Shown: piece by piece, positions 47,231 to 60,989 of the stretch
How the letters are laid out: every line of letters begins with the position of its first letter
Position numbering within the stretch: the stretch's first letter is position 1
Source: Azolla caroliniana
Taxonomy: Eukaryota; Plantae; Polypodiophyta
Assembly (NCBI GenBank): GCA_043228905.1
Contig: JBHGNT010000009.1
Span: forward strand, 6,386,001-6,450,000
Reading direction: 5' to 3'
Length of the DNA: 64,000 bases
The notes under the pieces: model-generated
Database searches by the model: none
What the model saw: only the letters and a program-made list of their open reading frames with translations
What the model was told of the DNA's origin: nothing
Translations under genes and position numbers: made by a program

Positions 47231-50051
47231 CCGGGAAAAGAGCCACCATGGGGACCAATCTACAATTTGTCACCAACCGAGCTAGAAGTGGTTCGAGCCT
47301 ATATAGAGGAGAATTTGGCAAATGGTTTCATTCGACATTCGAAATCTCCAGCCAACGCACCCATTTTCTTCGTTAAGAAAAAGGATGGATCACTTCGTCT
47401 CGTCATAGATTACCGTGGGTTGAATAAAGTCACCATCAGGAATAGGTATGCACTTCCCCTTATCTCAAGTTTGTTAGAACGGATCAATGGTGCAAGGTTC
47501 TTCACAAAGATCGACTTACGAGGAGCGTATAACCTCGTATGGATTCGTCCAGGAGATGAATGGAAGATTGCGTTTTGTGCCAGATATGGGCACTTCGAGT
47601 ATACGGACATTGATTTTGAGAGTCTTAAGAAGGCATTTACATCATCTCCTATTTTAGCTCATGTTGATCCAGAAAAATCATTCATCATTGAAGCAGACGC
47701 GTCAGATTTTGCCTTGTGTAGCATTCTGTCTCAACAAGGCGATGATGAAAAGCTACATCCTGTGGCTTTCCATTCACGCAAGTTTGACTCTGTGGAAATC
47801 AATTATGAAATTCATGATAAGGAGCTATGAGCAATAGTGAACTCTTTTACGCAATAGAGGCGTTTTCTAGAGGGGTCTTCTCATCAAGTCATCGTATTTA
47901 GTGATCACAAAAATCTTGCCTACTTTTAGAATGCTCGTGTGTTAAATCGACGTCAAGCTCGGTGGGCCCAATTCCTCACTCGTTTCGACTTCAAAATTAC
48001 ATATCATCCGGGGAAGCAACAAGGGAAGGCAGATGCATTATCATGACGTTCGTATCTAGCACTGCGTCCCGGTGAGCCTACTTTCGATAACCAAGTAACG
48101 CAGGTCTTCGGTATGCTCTTGGATTCCCACATTATCGATACCATACGTGGGGACTTGAAGACAGATGTTTTCGCTCAAGCCATTCTACCACAAATTGATC
48201 CCTCTCGAGCATCTTGTTCATAGTCGCAACAACCAGGTACGAACTATCGACAATTTGAATGTCATGATGGATTTCTATTCTTTAAGAAACTCTTGTATGT
48301 TCCTAATGGTACTTGTAGCCTTCAAGTAGTCCAAATTTGTCATGACACATATATAGCTGGGCATTTTGGTAGTACTAAAACATTAGATTTAGTACAACGA
48401 TCATTCTGGTGGTCCCATATGCGACAATTTGTCGAAGATTTTGTTCGGACTTGTGATACATGTTGCAGAGAAAAAATGTCAAGGCATCATCCATATGGTT
48501 TATTAGAACCATTACCAATTCCAAGCAAGCCATGGCAATCCATTGCCCTAGATTTCATCACAGATCTTCCAGTCTCTAAGGGATTCGATGCGAGATCTTA
48601 ACAGTAGTAGATCGATATACGAAGATGGCCCATTTCCTGCCATGTACTAAGGAAATCTCTAGTGAAGAAACCGCCGAAATTGTCATGCGTGAAGTATATC
48701 GGCATCATGGCCTTCCCGATAGTATCATCAACGACCGTGGACCCTAGTTCGTCTTGAAGTTCTGGAAGCATCTCTTTAAAATGCTTAAGGTCACTTGTAA
48801 CCTCTCCTCCGGCTACCACCCGCAAACAGACGACCAAGCAGAATGAACAAATCAAACGTTGGAGCAGTATCTTCGGTGCTTTTTAAGCTATCATCAAGAT
48901 GACTGGGCGGATATTCTCCACTTCGCCGAATTTGCATATAATAACTCTGTCCACTCATTGACAAAGGTGACACCATTTTATGCTTACATGGGCTGTCACC
49001 CCTGGTGGTGTGTATTTGAAACCCTAGAGTTACCTACAAATCCTTGTGCAGAGGATCGTTTGGAGCGGCTATGTAAGATACAAACAGATTTATCTACTCA
49101 TTTACAACAAGCTCAACAAACACACAAGGTTTACGCGGATCGTCATCGACTTCCATCAAGTTTTGACATTGGAGATTGGGTGTGGCTACTACGACGACAT
49201 ATCAAGACTACTCGCCGATGCGAGAAGTTGGATTAACGGCGATTAGGTCCATTCCGTATTATCGGAAAAATTAATGATGTCGCTTTTCGTCTCGATCTAC
49301 CTCCACAACTTCGGATACATCCGGTGTTTCATAGTTCTCTCCTCGAACCCTATCAAGATAGCACCATCCCAGGTCATATTAAACAACCTCCACCCCCAAT
49401 CGAGCTTGAAGATGGACTTGAGTACGAGGTTGCCGCCATCCTTGATTCCAAGATTGTTTGCAACAAGCTCTACTATTTAGTCGATTGGCTAGGATATAGT
49501 CCTAGTGAGCGTACTTGGGAACCAATAGAGAATGTGACCAATGCTCATGCTCTTCTTGAAGACTTCCATCGTCAATATCCAGACAAACCGGGTCCTCAAT
49601 CCAAAATAACTCGTGACACTCGTTGTTTTAAAGGGGAAATACTGTCATGATATGGCAAGACTCGAACCCATGACCTTATGTTACATAGGTCGAGCTCTTG
49701 ACCATTAGACTATATGTTGTAATACGAAGGATAATATTTTCATTTAAGTTTTACTATAGAAAACTGATGTATATTCCAGATTTCTCTAGAACATTCTAGA
49801 AACTTCAGGAGTACTCCTGAGAACACTATAAAAGGAGGCACAAGGCATTATTTCGAACCAAATCGGTTCAACGCCAGTCTTAAGCCTCCTAGCTACTGTT
49901 GTATATTCCCTTAACATAATATATATCTGTTGTTATCCTCATTCTCTCTCTCTCTCTCTCACTCACTCTTTCCTTCTCTCAAGAGTTCTACACCTCTGTT
50001 AGTACTAATCCTCATCTTTTAGTACTAATTCCTTCTCTATTTTAGTACTGT
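47231..50051 (+). mobile_element. Chromovirus J, 3' half (RT with internal deletion, RNase H, integrase, chromodomain, PPT, 3' LTR)
   Basis: [27 protein letters not shown], His/Cys integrase; chromodomain EYEVAAILDSK...YLVDWLGY...TWEP; PPT 49631-49642; LTR 49643-50051 lacking its last ~8 nt. Confidence 0.9.
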
Positions 50052-53000
50052 CCCTCGGCTTCTTCGGCGTCATGGTCTTTTCCGCTCCTTTCCTGCTCCC
50101 TTCCGTGGTCATCATGGACATCTCTCCCCCTCATGTTCGACACGTCGAGGTGACGCAACCCAAGAGCACCCGAGAATTGCCGCAACTTGTCCAGACCAAG
50201 AGGCTTGGTGAAGATGTCGGCGTTCTACTGATCCGTCGGAACATACTGAAGTTCGACTTCACCGGAGAGGACACGCTCATGGACGAAATGGTAGTGCACC
50301 TCAATGTGCTTAGTTTGGGTGTGTAAGACATGGTTCTTAGCTAGCTGGATGCTGCTGAGGTTGTCGCAGTAGATTGTCGTTGGATCGGATACATCCACCT
50401 ACAGATCCTTAAGTAGCCGTTTCAACCATATGGCTTCGCATGTCGCGACAACCGCTCCTCTATACTCGGCTTCAGTGCTCGATAGCGCAACTATCGGCTG
50501 CTTCTTGCTACTCCACGTGATCGCGGCACTCCTGAGAGAGAACGCGAAACCGGACGTGGATCGGCGATCGTCGGCGTTTCTGGCCCAATTAGCATCGGTG
50601 TAACCGACCAACTGCGCGACAGTATCGGTCTGATATAGTAGCCCCCGGTCCTTAGTGCCACTGACATACCGGAGTGCGCGTTGTGCGCACTGAAGGTGCT
50701 CCTCGGTCGGTCGGGTGATGGTCAAGTATATAAGGCTTCCGACTATCTATCTGAACCTCGTCGGGTCGCATACCTTTCCGTAACCGGGGCGAAGCTTGAC
50801 GGTTCTATCCAGAGGAGTCGAGACGGACTTACAGTCGGCCATCCCGAATTTGAAGAGCATACTCAGCACATAATGTCGTTGGCTGATCAGTATGCCTTCG
50901 GGGTTGCGGATCAGTTCGATCCCGAGGAAGTAATGAAGGTCCCCCAAATCCTTCATGTCGAATGATGCCGCAAGCTGGAGCTTCACGCGGTCAATCTTAC
51001 CTAGGTCGGCGTCGGTGATGACCAAGTCATCAACATAAAGTAAAATGCTAACCGGCCCGAGTCGACCTTTCCGGATGAACAATGAGGAGTTCGATTTTGA
51101 TGTCGCAAAGCCCATTCGATGCAATCACTGCGTGATCTTCGTGTTCCAGGCATGCGGGGCTTGCTTTAGTCCGTAAAGGGACTTCTTCAATCGGCACACC
51201 GCCGAAGTGTTCGTTCCGAAGTGAAATCCGGGGGCCTGTACCATGTACACCTGTTCCTAAAGCTCACCTTTCAGGAACGCATTCCTTACATCAATTTGGT
51301 GTAAGTGTCACCCCTTTGCCGTAGCGACCGTGAGCAAAACATGGACGGTCATCATCTTCGCGACTGGCGCAAATGTCTCATCGTAGTCGATGCCGTGTTT
51401 CTGCGCGTAGCATTTCGCTACTAACCGGGCCTTGTATTGGTTGACCGAGCCGTCAATGTTGTACTTGACCTTGTACACCCACCTACATCCGATCGGCTTC
51501 ACACCTTTCGGTGCGTCAACCAGGTTCCAGGTTTCATTCTCCGCCAATGCGCACATCTCTTCCTCCATTACGGCACGCCAATTCGCGTCCTTCGCCGCTT
51601 CTACATAGCTCTCCGGCTCACGCACTTACACTACACATGTCATGTACACATAGTGATGCGCCATGTACTCGTGGTAACTAAACCGCACAACAGGGTTCTT
51701 CTGGTGGGTTGATCGGCGTAATTGCTCATTAGCCGAAGTTGAGGCTTTCTTGGCCGACGCGGACTTTGGTCTCGAAGACCCGTTGTCACTTCCCTCGGAG
51801 TCGGACTCGCGTCGATCTGACTCGTTCCTATCCGTGCTGTAATCCGATACCTTCTTCTTCCCTTTTTCTTTGCGCGTAAGCCATCTCCTCGGCTTCCTGC
51901 GCGGGGTGTGCACGACCGAGTTTCTACTACTCGCCGGGTCTTCATCGGACTGGTCGAACCGATTCAGTCGTCCATTCGGTCCGCTTAACCGAAACGAAAT
52001 CAGACTTTCTTCGTGGGTCCTAATTTCAGGCTCATCCGGAGGCATCTCGGCCTCGCTGACCTCATCGTCAGAACTCGGATTGGAGGTGAGCTCCGGAGTC
52101 AAAGGCAAGTACCAGGACGCGGACTCATCAAACACAATGTCACGGCTCACGCGCGCTTGTTTGGTGTGAGGGTTGTAACACTTATAACCCTTCTGCTCGT
52201 CCGAGTAGCTGACCAACATACACTTCTTGGCTTTCGCGTCCAACTTCCTCCGTTTCTCCTTCGGCACATGCACATACGCAATGCTACCAAAAACTCTCAA
52301 GTGTCGTAGATTCGGCTTCCTTTCGAAATACTGCTCATGCGCCGACACTTTGTCTCCGATCCGATTCTGGATGTATACCGCGGTTCGTATCGCCTCGGCC
52401 CAATAGAACTTGGGCAAGCTCTTTTCCTCCAGCATTGCCTGTGCCGCTTCCACAATTGACCGGTTCTTCCTCTCGGCCATGCCGTTTTGCTCTAGTGTGT
52501 ATCTACAACTGAATTCGTGCCGAAATCCCATCTGTTGCAGATAGCCGTTGAATTGACCAGAAAAGTACTCTTTTCTGCCATTCGACCGCAAGCACTTGAT
52601 CTTTCTTCCTATTTCCCTTTTGACGAAACTCTTGAGGTCCCAGAAACAGTCGAAGACTTCACTCTTCTTCTCAATGAGGTAGATCCACGTGTGCCGCGTA
52701 TATTCGTCGATCAAGGAGACAAAATATCGACTCCTGCCAAGACTAACGTTCTGTGCCGGCCCCCATACATCGGAATGTATCAAGTCGAGCTTGTTCCGGC
52801 TCCGGTTACGCTCGTTAGGGAAAGAAAGCCGGTGTTGCTTCCCGAGTTGGCAGTCTTCACAAATTCGTGCCTTCTAGCCACTAAATTTGGGCAATCCGAA
52901 CACCACTTGTTTTGATTGCAGGTCCTGAAGTCGTTGATAGTTGACGTGGCCTATCCGCTTGTGCCATAAGTCAATATACGACTCGACTTTTTGTCCTTTT

Positions 53001-54652
53001 GCGAACATTGAGGTGCCACCATCACTAGAGTCGAGGATAAACATCCTCTGTCTCTGCGCCCTTGCGCAATAACTCGGCCTTCTTCTTCGATGAAGCACCC
53101 GAGATGCGTGAACCGGACTTGCATCCCCTGGTCAACGATCTGCCCGACCGGCACCAGATTCTTCGTGATTGTGGGGACGTGTAACACGTTCATGAGTTTC
53201 CCTTTCTGCCCGACATGGCTCAGGGGAACCTCACAGACATTCGCGATCGGATGTGGAGTGTCATCTCCGGTTGCGACTACTCCCGGTTGCATCGGTTTCT
53301 CAAGGTATGAGAACCACTCCTTGTGGCACGTCATGTGGTTTGACGCCCCGGAGTTAACGTACCACACCTCGTCCAATTTCGGGGTGGACATCTTCATCGA
53401 GTTTGCTTCATGTCTCATCACGAAGGCTGACCCTTTTCCGGCTTTTCCGGACCCTTCGGCGTAGTGCGATCGTTGCCGATTTCCTTTGTCGGTCTGTTCG
53501 GAACCTGATCCGGATCCGGTTCTCTCCAAATCGGCGCGCTTCTTCCAGCTCTCCTTGTTGCCTTTTTTGCCACAGTACCAACATTCCGTGACATCTTTCC
53601 CTTGCCGGTTCTCGTCACCTCAACTCCCCCTGTTTCCAGAGGGTCCAAGATTGCTGTTGGCATCACTTCGGTGCCTTCTTCCTTGATCCCGTCGGCCGCC
53701 TCCATTGCGCACCAACTCGCCTCGTCCGCCACGACCATGGGGCCTGTCTCCCTCCGTGTACAACATCTTGTTGTCGGCATGCGTGCTTGTCGACGCACCC
53801 GCGTGGTTCTCCTCTATAAGGAGCATCGACTGTAAGTTGAAAAACAACGACGTATTCTCCCGTGTACACACAGCAGTTTGGAATGCTTCGAACTTCAACG
53901 CTAGTTCCCCGAGACAGATCTGCACCATCTCGACTTCCTCGATGTTCACATTGATGGAGGCTAAGGAGTCACATATATCTTTGATCTTTGAGGTGTAATC
54001 AACCACTAACAAAACACGTTGTCGTAGGTTGCTCAGCTCCTGTCGGAGTTGAAGCTTTCTGGCTATAGTGCTTGCGACAAAAATCTTCTTCAGATTTCCC
54101 CAAGCATCTTTTAGCGTTTTTGCATCCTGAATGTAGCTTAGGAGTTGTTCGCCCACACAAGAAGCGAAGCAAGACAGTACTCTGCTCGCCGACTGTTCCC
54201 ACGCCGGGAAATCTCTGTGTGTCGATTCAGATGCTGTGTCATTTGCTCCATCGACGTAGCTTCAGTAACCGTGCCCGAGCAGGTACTAGAGCATCTTGTA
54301 GGACCAAGACGCGTAGTTGTTTTTGTCGAGCTTCTTGGTAGGAAGCGAGCTAGCCATGCCTCTATCCATTTTGTTTTTCCTGTTCTTCCTAGTTAGTTTT
54401 CTTTTCAAGCTATGTCGGCTGCAGAGGTTCTCAACCCTCACGCTCTGATACCATGAAAAAGATTATGTGCGGAAGTAATAGAGAACTGAACACGGAAAAT
54501 ATGCAGGTTTAATGGAGAGCTTGAATATACACAGTACGCGGGAGAGACAGGGAGAGAGAGAACACACCGAAACTCAATTCAAAAAATACTCACACTCTAT
54601 ATACACCGTGCTCAGTGAGCACTTTTTATACAACTCCTGACAATAGGGCTGA

Positions 54653-55100
54653 TGTTAGAACCAAGAGAGAAGGTAAAGTGATAGAAGAAAGATATAAAGA
54701 GATCACAAGGAGAGGAATGAAATGATAAGACAAGAATGAATGTATTAAAGTAGAATAAGAATGGATACAAGATAGGTGATGAGAGCTTAAGATTGGTGTT
54801 GATTCGAATTGGTTTTGAGAAGAATTGTATGTCCATATTTATAAGTTCCTATAGAATAACCTAGTGATTTCTATAATGTTCTAGAATGTTCTAGACCTAG
54901 AATATTCTAAGATGTTCTAGGATATTCTAGAATGTTCTAGGATGTTCTAGAACATTTACAATATTGGTCTATTACAAGAAGTAATTTTTATTATTTTATA
55001 TAATCATATGTTATCTTAATGTTTAGGTTCTTGATTATGTATTACAAGGTCTTGGGTTCAAGCCCAAGTGAAGTCACATAATGTTCACGGATTCATGACA
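54653..55100 (-). repeat. Chromovirus D 3' LTR (448 bp)
   Basis: Direct repeat of 60370-60790 with 27 extra bp (20 bp of TTCTAG units and AGGTGAT). Confidence 0.92.
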
Positions 55101-58100
55101 CTATCCCTCCTCTTAAAACGACGAGTGGAAGGAGTTGTTAACAATTCAGGGTCGGGTTTGTTGGGATAGTGACGATGGAAGTCGTCAATAAGATCTTGAG
55201 CATTACAAACATTATCGATGGGTTCCCATGTGCGATCGCTCAGAGTATAGCCTAGCCAATCAACTAGATGATACAACTTATTGTGCATAATCTTTGAATC
55301 TGGAATGGAGGCTACCTCATACTCTGGGCCATCGGCAAGTTGGAGAGGAGGCGGTGGTGGTACGACACGATTGGGAATCGAGCTGGTCTGGTAAGGTTCC
55401 AAAAGAGAGTTGTGAAAGATTGGATGAAGCCGCAAACTTGCAGGAAGATCAAGGCGGAATGTTGCATCATTAATCCACTTCGTGATGACAAAAGGACCCA
55501 CGCGTTTATAATCTAGTTTATCATACGGTCGAGTAGTCTTTATGTGACGACGTAACAACCATACCCGATCACCAACCTTGAATGGAGATGGAAGACGATG
55601 TCGATCTGCATGGGCCTTATGTTGGGCTTGAGCTTTCTGAAGATATGAAGACAACTCAGACTGAAGATTTTGTAGTCGGTGGAGGTGTTGCTCTGCACTA
55701 GGGTTTGGTGAGATCACTGGAATGCCCAAGACACACCATCGAGGATGGTTGCCAGTATAGGCATAGAAAGGTATGACCTTGGTAGAAGAGTGTATGGTGT
55801 TATTGTATGCAAACTCTGCAAGATGCAATATATGACTCCAATCATCTTGTTGATAACTGATGAAACATCAAAGATACTGCTCAAATGTTTGATTTGTGCG
55901 CTCTGTTTAGCCATCAGTTTCGGGATGATATACTGAAGAGAGTTTGTAAGAGATTTGGAGCACATCACATAGGTGCTTCCAAAAGTGAGAGATAAATTGC
56001 GGTCCACGATCACTAATTATGTCGTTTGGAAGATCATGATGGCGAAATACTTCACGCATAATGATATCTACTGTTTCTTGACTACTGATGCTTTTTACGC
56101 AAGGTAGAAAATGTGTCATCTTGGTAAACCGATCCACTACGGTTAAATTAACATCAAAACCTTGTGAAGGTGGAAGATCTGTAATGAAATCCATAATAAT
56201 TGACTACCATGGCTTGCTCAGAGTCGGCAATGGTTGTAACAACCCATAAGGATGATGCTTAGGCATTTTAGCTCGACAACATGTGTCACATGTGCGAACA
56301 TAATCTTCAACGAATTGTTGTAAATGAGGCCACCAAAATGATCACTTCACTAGCTCCATGGTCTTGGCAATACCAAAGTGTCCGGCCATATGGGTATCAT
56401 GACAGTGCTCCAACACTCGAAGGCTTGGTGATCCATCAGGGACATAAAGTAGATTCTTGTAGAAAAGTAAGTTATCTTGCCACTTGAACTCCTTATAGCG
56501 TCGAGATGTCCCTGGCAATGTGGAGCAAAATTCATGATTTGGATCAAGGTGGGTGAGGACATCCTTCGCAAAATCATCAGAGTTAAGTTGTTGTCGAATA
56601 GTATCAAGAAGACTTGAATCCAATGGCGTGGCACAAACCGTGGTTGCTTGTAGCTTTGTTGGACCAAGGAGAACTTGCTTTTGATTGTCGAAAGCTGGAT
56701 CTCTAGGGAGAAGTGCCAAATATGAGCGTCGAGATAGAGCATCTGCTTGCCCTTGTTGGTTCCTTGGGCGGAAAATTATCTTGAAATCAAAACGAGTTAA
56801 AAATTGTGCCCACCGAGCTTGTCTCATATTTAGCACTTGAGCTGTCTGAAAATATGTAAGATTTTTGTGGTCACTATAAATGATGATTTGATGAGGCGAA
56901 CCTTCTAGGAAATGTCGCCATTGCGCAAAAGAGTCGACCACAACTAGTAACTCTTTGTCATGCACCTCATAGTTGATCTCTGCAACATTAAACTTTCTTG
57001 AGTGAAACGCGATTGGATGTAAGTGCCCATCTTCACCTGGTTGTGATAGGATGATAAATGGCTTTTCTGGATCAACATGAGCTAAGACAAGAGCTGATGT
57101 GAATGCCTCTTTCAACTGAGTAAAGGCTTTGTCTGCTTCAGGAGTCCAAACAAATGCTTGATTTTTCTTGGTGAGTTGAGTAAGTGACAATACAATCTTC
57201 GAATAATTCCATATGAATTTGCGGTAGAAGTTGGCAAATCCAAGGAAACACTGGACATCACGAACGGAACTTGGAGTATGCCATTCCAATACTGTTTGAA
57301 CTTTCACTTGATCCATGAAGATACCTTTGGATGAAATGGTATAACGCAAGAACTCAACTTCTTTGCATCAAAACTGCACTTCTCTAGTTTGGCATAAAGA
57401 CCATACTCTCTTAAGCCTTGGAGTACCTTCCGGACATGTATATCATGCTCCGCTTGTGTTCTAGAGAAAATCAATAGATCATCTAAATAGATGATAAGAA
57501 AGATATCTAAAAAATCTTGGAAAATGTCATTTGCCATATGTTGAAACATGGCAGGAGCATTTGTGAGCCCAAAAGGCATAACTGTATACTCAAAATGGCC
57601 ATATCGAGTGCGAAATGCAGTCTTCCACTCGTCTCCCGGTTGAATATGGACAAGATTATATGCACCCCTTAGATCAATCTTGGTAAAATGCTTTGCCCCA
57701 CCAATGCACTCTAAATGACCGGAAATTAAAGGTAGAGCATACCTATTTCTTATTGTCAATTTATTTAATCCCCGATAATCCGCGACCAAACGAAGTGAGC
57801 CGTCCTTTTTCTTCACAAAAAAGATAGGAGCACCAGCTGGAGACTTTGAATGTCGAATAAATCCACTTGCAAGATTCTCGTCAATGTATGCTCGAAGAAC
57901 CCCAAGCTCCGTTGGTGATAGATTGTAGATCGAACCCCATAGTGGCTCTTTTCCTGGTTGTAGATCAATGGGACAATCGTATGGCCGATACTTTGGAAGT
58001 ACACTAGCTTTGACTTTGTCGAAGACATCAACATATTCTTGGTACTTTTTAGGAATGTAGACCTCTGACGTCCCTTGAGTGTCACTAGAAGGTGCAGTTG

Positions 58101-58555
58101 ATATGGCAAATAAGAATAAATCTTCTTTTGCTCCTTCTTGGCATAATTGTTCTAGGGTGATGGTTGAAATTTGATGAAGAGGAACAACATGTTTGGTAGA
58201 GGGTGAACTGGTAACACTATGTTTTTCAAGGGGAGGATCCTGGGTTCGACCCCTGACTACTATGTTTCTTTTTGAAGGGCACCTAATTTCTCATCGTCTC
58301 CAATCAATTCTTGGGCTACGGATTATGTTAAAGGAGACCAAACATCCTAAATCACCTAAGAGTATGTGTATCGGCTCAGACTCCTTGAATATCTTTCCAG
58401 AAGCTATGCGACATCCATCAATCACTACTACAGAAATTGGGCAAGGAAGTTTATGCAAGGCTATTTGATGTTTTTGTGCAAAATCTCTATCCATGAAACA
58501 AGAATTGGCTCCGGTATCTAAGAGAGCTGGGACATGAAGTTGACAACTTGGTGTC

Positions 58556-58981
58556 TGTCAAGATTCGAACTCTTGACATGACCATGTTATAATCGAGTGT
58601 TATGTGTTAACCACACATCTAGCATATAATCATGTATATACTTCCTCATTGTAGGTTTTAGCTAGCATCATGTGCATAATTTCTCCCTTGTATTATTTAC
58701 ACTTGGCACATGCATGCGTACCTATTGCCTACATGCTCTATTGTATCACATGCGTGCAACAGGTATGCATGCCACTTAGTATAAATAGTTGAGTTCACCT
58801 TGAAGGAATTCAAGGTGAACAACGCCAGTCATGGACATATCAATCTAGTATTCTCGTTTCGCCCATCTTCTCTCCTTAATCTTCATCTCTATCTTTATGC
58901 TCTTGTATCATTCCGTCATCGCTCCATCGTAGCCTCATCATCGGTGCTCCGTCTTAGTCCGTACTTGGTGTGTCCGTGACA
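58556..58981 (+). mobile_element. Solo LTR K (third chromovirus-type LTR family) inserted in D
   Basis: TGTCA...TGACA termini; TSD GTGTC at 58551-58555 and 58982-58986; TATAAATA at 58780; shares CAACGCCAGTC with the C/J LTRs. Confidence 0.88.
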
Positions 58982-60369
58982 GTGTCCTAACTTGTACTTG
59001 GCTTGAGAAAACTCTACTAACATGCTTGGAAGAGATGGAACCCACACTAGGTTGTACAGATCTAGGACTGTCCAACCAAACGGCTCCGATTTTGGACGGA
59101 CTTATTCGTTTGACTCCTCTTCTAATTGGCTTAGGACCTCAAACCTATTGGATAGAGTTGAATTACTAGAAACACTAGTTGGCACAATTTCAACAATGCT
59201 AGACTCATTTCTATTATCATAGTTAATGTGATGTACCTAACGTCTCGGTCTGTGTGGACAATGAATGGCAATATGTCCTGGACCTCCACAATATAAGCAT
59301 AGTCGATTTGTTCGATGACGTTGTTTCTCTTCATCTGATAAAGGACCTCCACAATATAAGCATAGTCGATTTGTTCGATGACGTTGTTTCTCTTCATCTG
59401 ATAAAGGTCCTCGTCGCCGGGTCATATCAATCTCCATCGGTGTCGGGCTATCCCTTGGTGTTGGGTTACATGCTTGCCATGGAGTTGGGATGGGCCTATA
59501 TTGTTTCCTTGGAGATTGAGCGATCATTGATGCATAAGTTGGCGTAAATCTTGATCTTGTTTGTTGTTGTTGTCGCTCGGACCGACGCTCAAAAAGCCGA
59601 TTATCACACCGTATTGCTCGGCTAATAGCTTATGTAAGGGATTTTGGATCCTTAGGGAAGGTAAGAAGTAAATCTTTTACATCTCCACGGAGGCCCAAAC
59701 GAAACTGCTCCATTAGAGCTTGTTCGTCCCAAGGAATATCACTTGCAATGAGACGAAAATTGACTGCATACGTTGATGTTGGTTGATCCCCTTGTCGCAA
59801 TGTGCGAATCTTGTTGATTGCCGTTCTTACACTATCTGTGTCTCTGAAGCAAGCCTTAAACTCTTTGATAAATTCTTCAAAGTTGTTGAGTAGAGGCGAA
59901 TTTGCTTCTAGCAATGGAGCAAACCATGACAATGCCGAGCCAGTCAATAAAGTGCCCACTAACCTGACTCGAGATGAATCCATCGGATAACGTGTGGGAT
60001 GCATCTGAATTACCAACCGCACTTGATTTATAAAACCCCGAAAATGTGCTCTTGACCCATCGAATTTAGCTGGGAGGCTGATTTTCCGCTCCTTAAGAAC
60101 TCCTTAACTTTCAACTTTTAGTTGTTGTAAAGCTACTATTGTTGACTCTAGTTGTTGAACCCTTCGTGTAAACTCGTCATGTATTTGTTGCTTCTCTACT
60201 GAAACCTTATGTAGGTCTTCAAGCAATCGTTGATTCTCCAACTCTAGTGATGCAAACTTGCTTTTGAGATGCAACAAGGGAGAAGTATTCTTGTGGGTTG
60301 CCAGCAGCCATGGGTACTTACTAGTGTTTGTGGAAGAGGCTAGACAAGAAGAAGAAATTCAAATCAAAT

Positions 60370-60790
60370 TGTCAGAACCAAGAGAGAAGGTAAAGTGATA
60401 GAAGAAAGATATAAAGAGATCACAAGGGGAGGAATGAAATGATAAGAGAAGAATGAATGTATTAAAGTAGAATAAGAATGGATACAAGATGAGAGCTTAA
60501 GATTGGTGTTGATTCGAATTGGTTTTGAGAAGAATTGTATGTCCATATTTATAAGTTCCTATAGAATAACCTAGTGATTTCTATAATGTTCTAGAACGTT
60601 CTAGACCTAGAATATTCTAAGATGTTCTAGGATGTTCTAGAACATTTACAATATCAGTCTATTACAAGAAGTAGCTTTTATTATTTCATATAATCATATG
60701 TTATCTTAATGGTTAGGTTCTTGATTATGTATTACAAGGTCTTGGGTTCAAGCCCAAATGAAGTCACATAATGTTCACGGATTCATGATA
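60370..60790 (-). repeat. Chromovirus D 5' LTR (421 bp)
   Basis: Followed in element orientation by the non-tRNA PBS TTGATTTGAATT (60367-60356) and gag. Confidence 0.92.
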
Positions 60791-60989
60791 GCTGACACCA
60801 GTACTTGACCACTCATAAATGAGCCTACTACAGTAACTCCCAAAATTATTCCTTACGAGGAATATCATACTAATGGCCTTCCGGTTTACGCACCGATATG
60901 GCCATGTTATGCATACCGATTTACGCACCCAGTCTACGCACTGGGTTACGCATCGTATTACGCACGAATGTTGAGCTTGTCTCTCAACA

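Larger units (their letters stand above)
54653..60790 (-). mobile_element. Full-length Ty3/gypsy chromovirus D (degenerate)
   Basis: TSD GCTGA at 54648-54652 and 60791-60795; LTRs 54653-55100 and 60370-60790; PPT 55101-55114; gag, protease (LLDTGANSCF), RT YLDD, RNase H, integrase, chromodomain. Confidence 0.93.
50052..60989 (-). mobile_element. Ty1/copia F (G-related; 3' end deleted; 5' LTR split by chromovirus D)
   Basis: Degenerate gag-pol ~50052-54368; PBS 54442-54453; 5' LTR = 54454-54652 plus 60796-60989, ending TTGAGCTTGTCTCTCAACA like the G LTR. Confidence 0.87.

Noticed and set aside
1348-50051. C and J as two halves of one giant element that captured the kinase gene
   Set aside because: Their LTRs differ at many positions, C lies wholly inside TSD-bounded element B, and no TSD links them.
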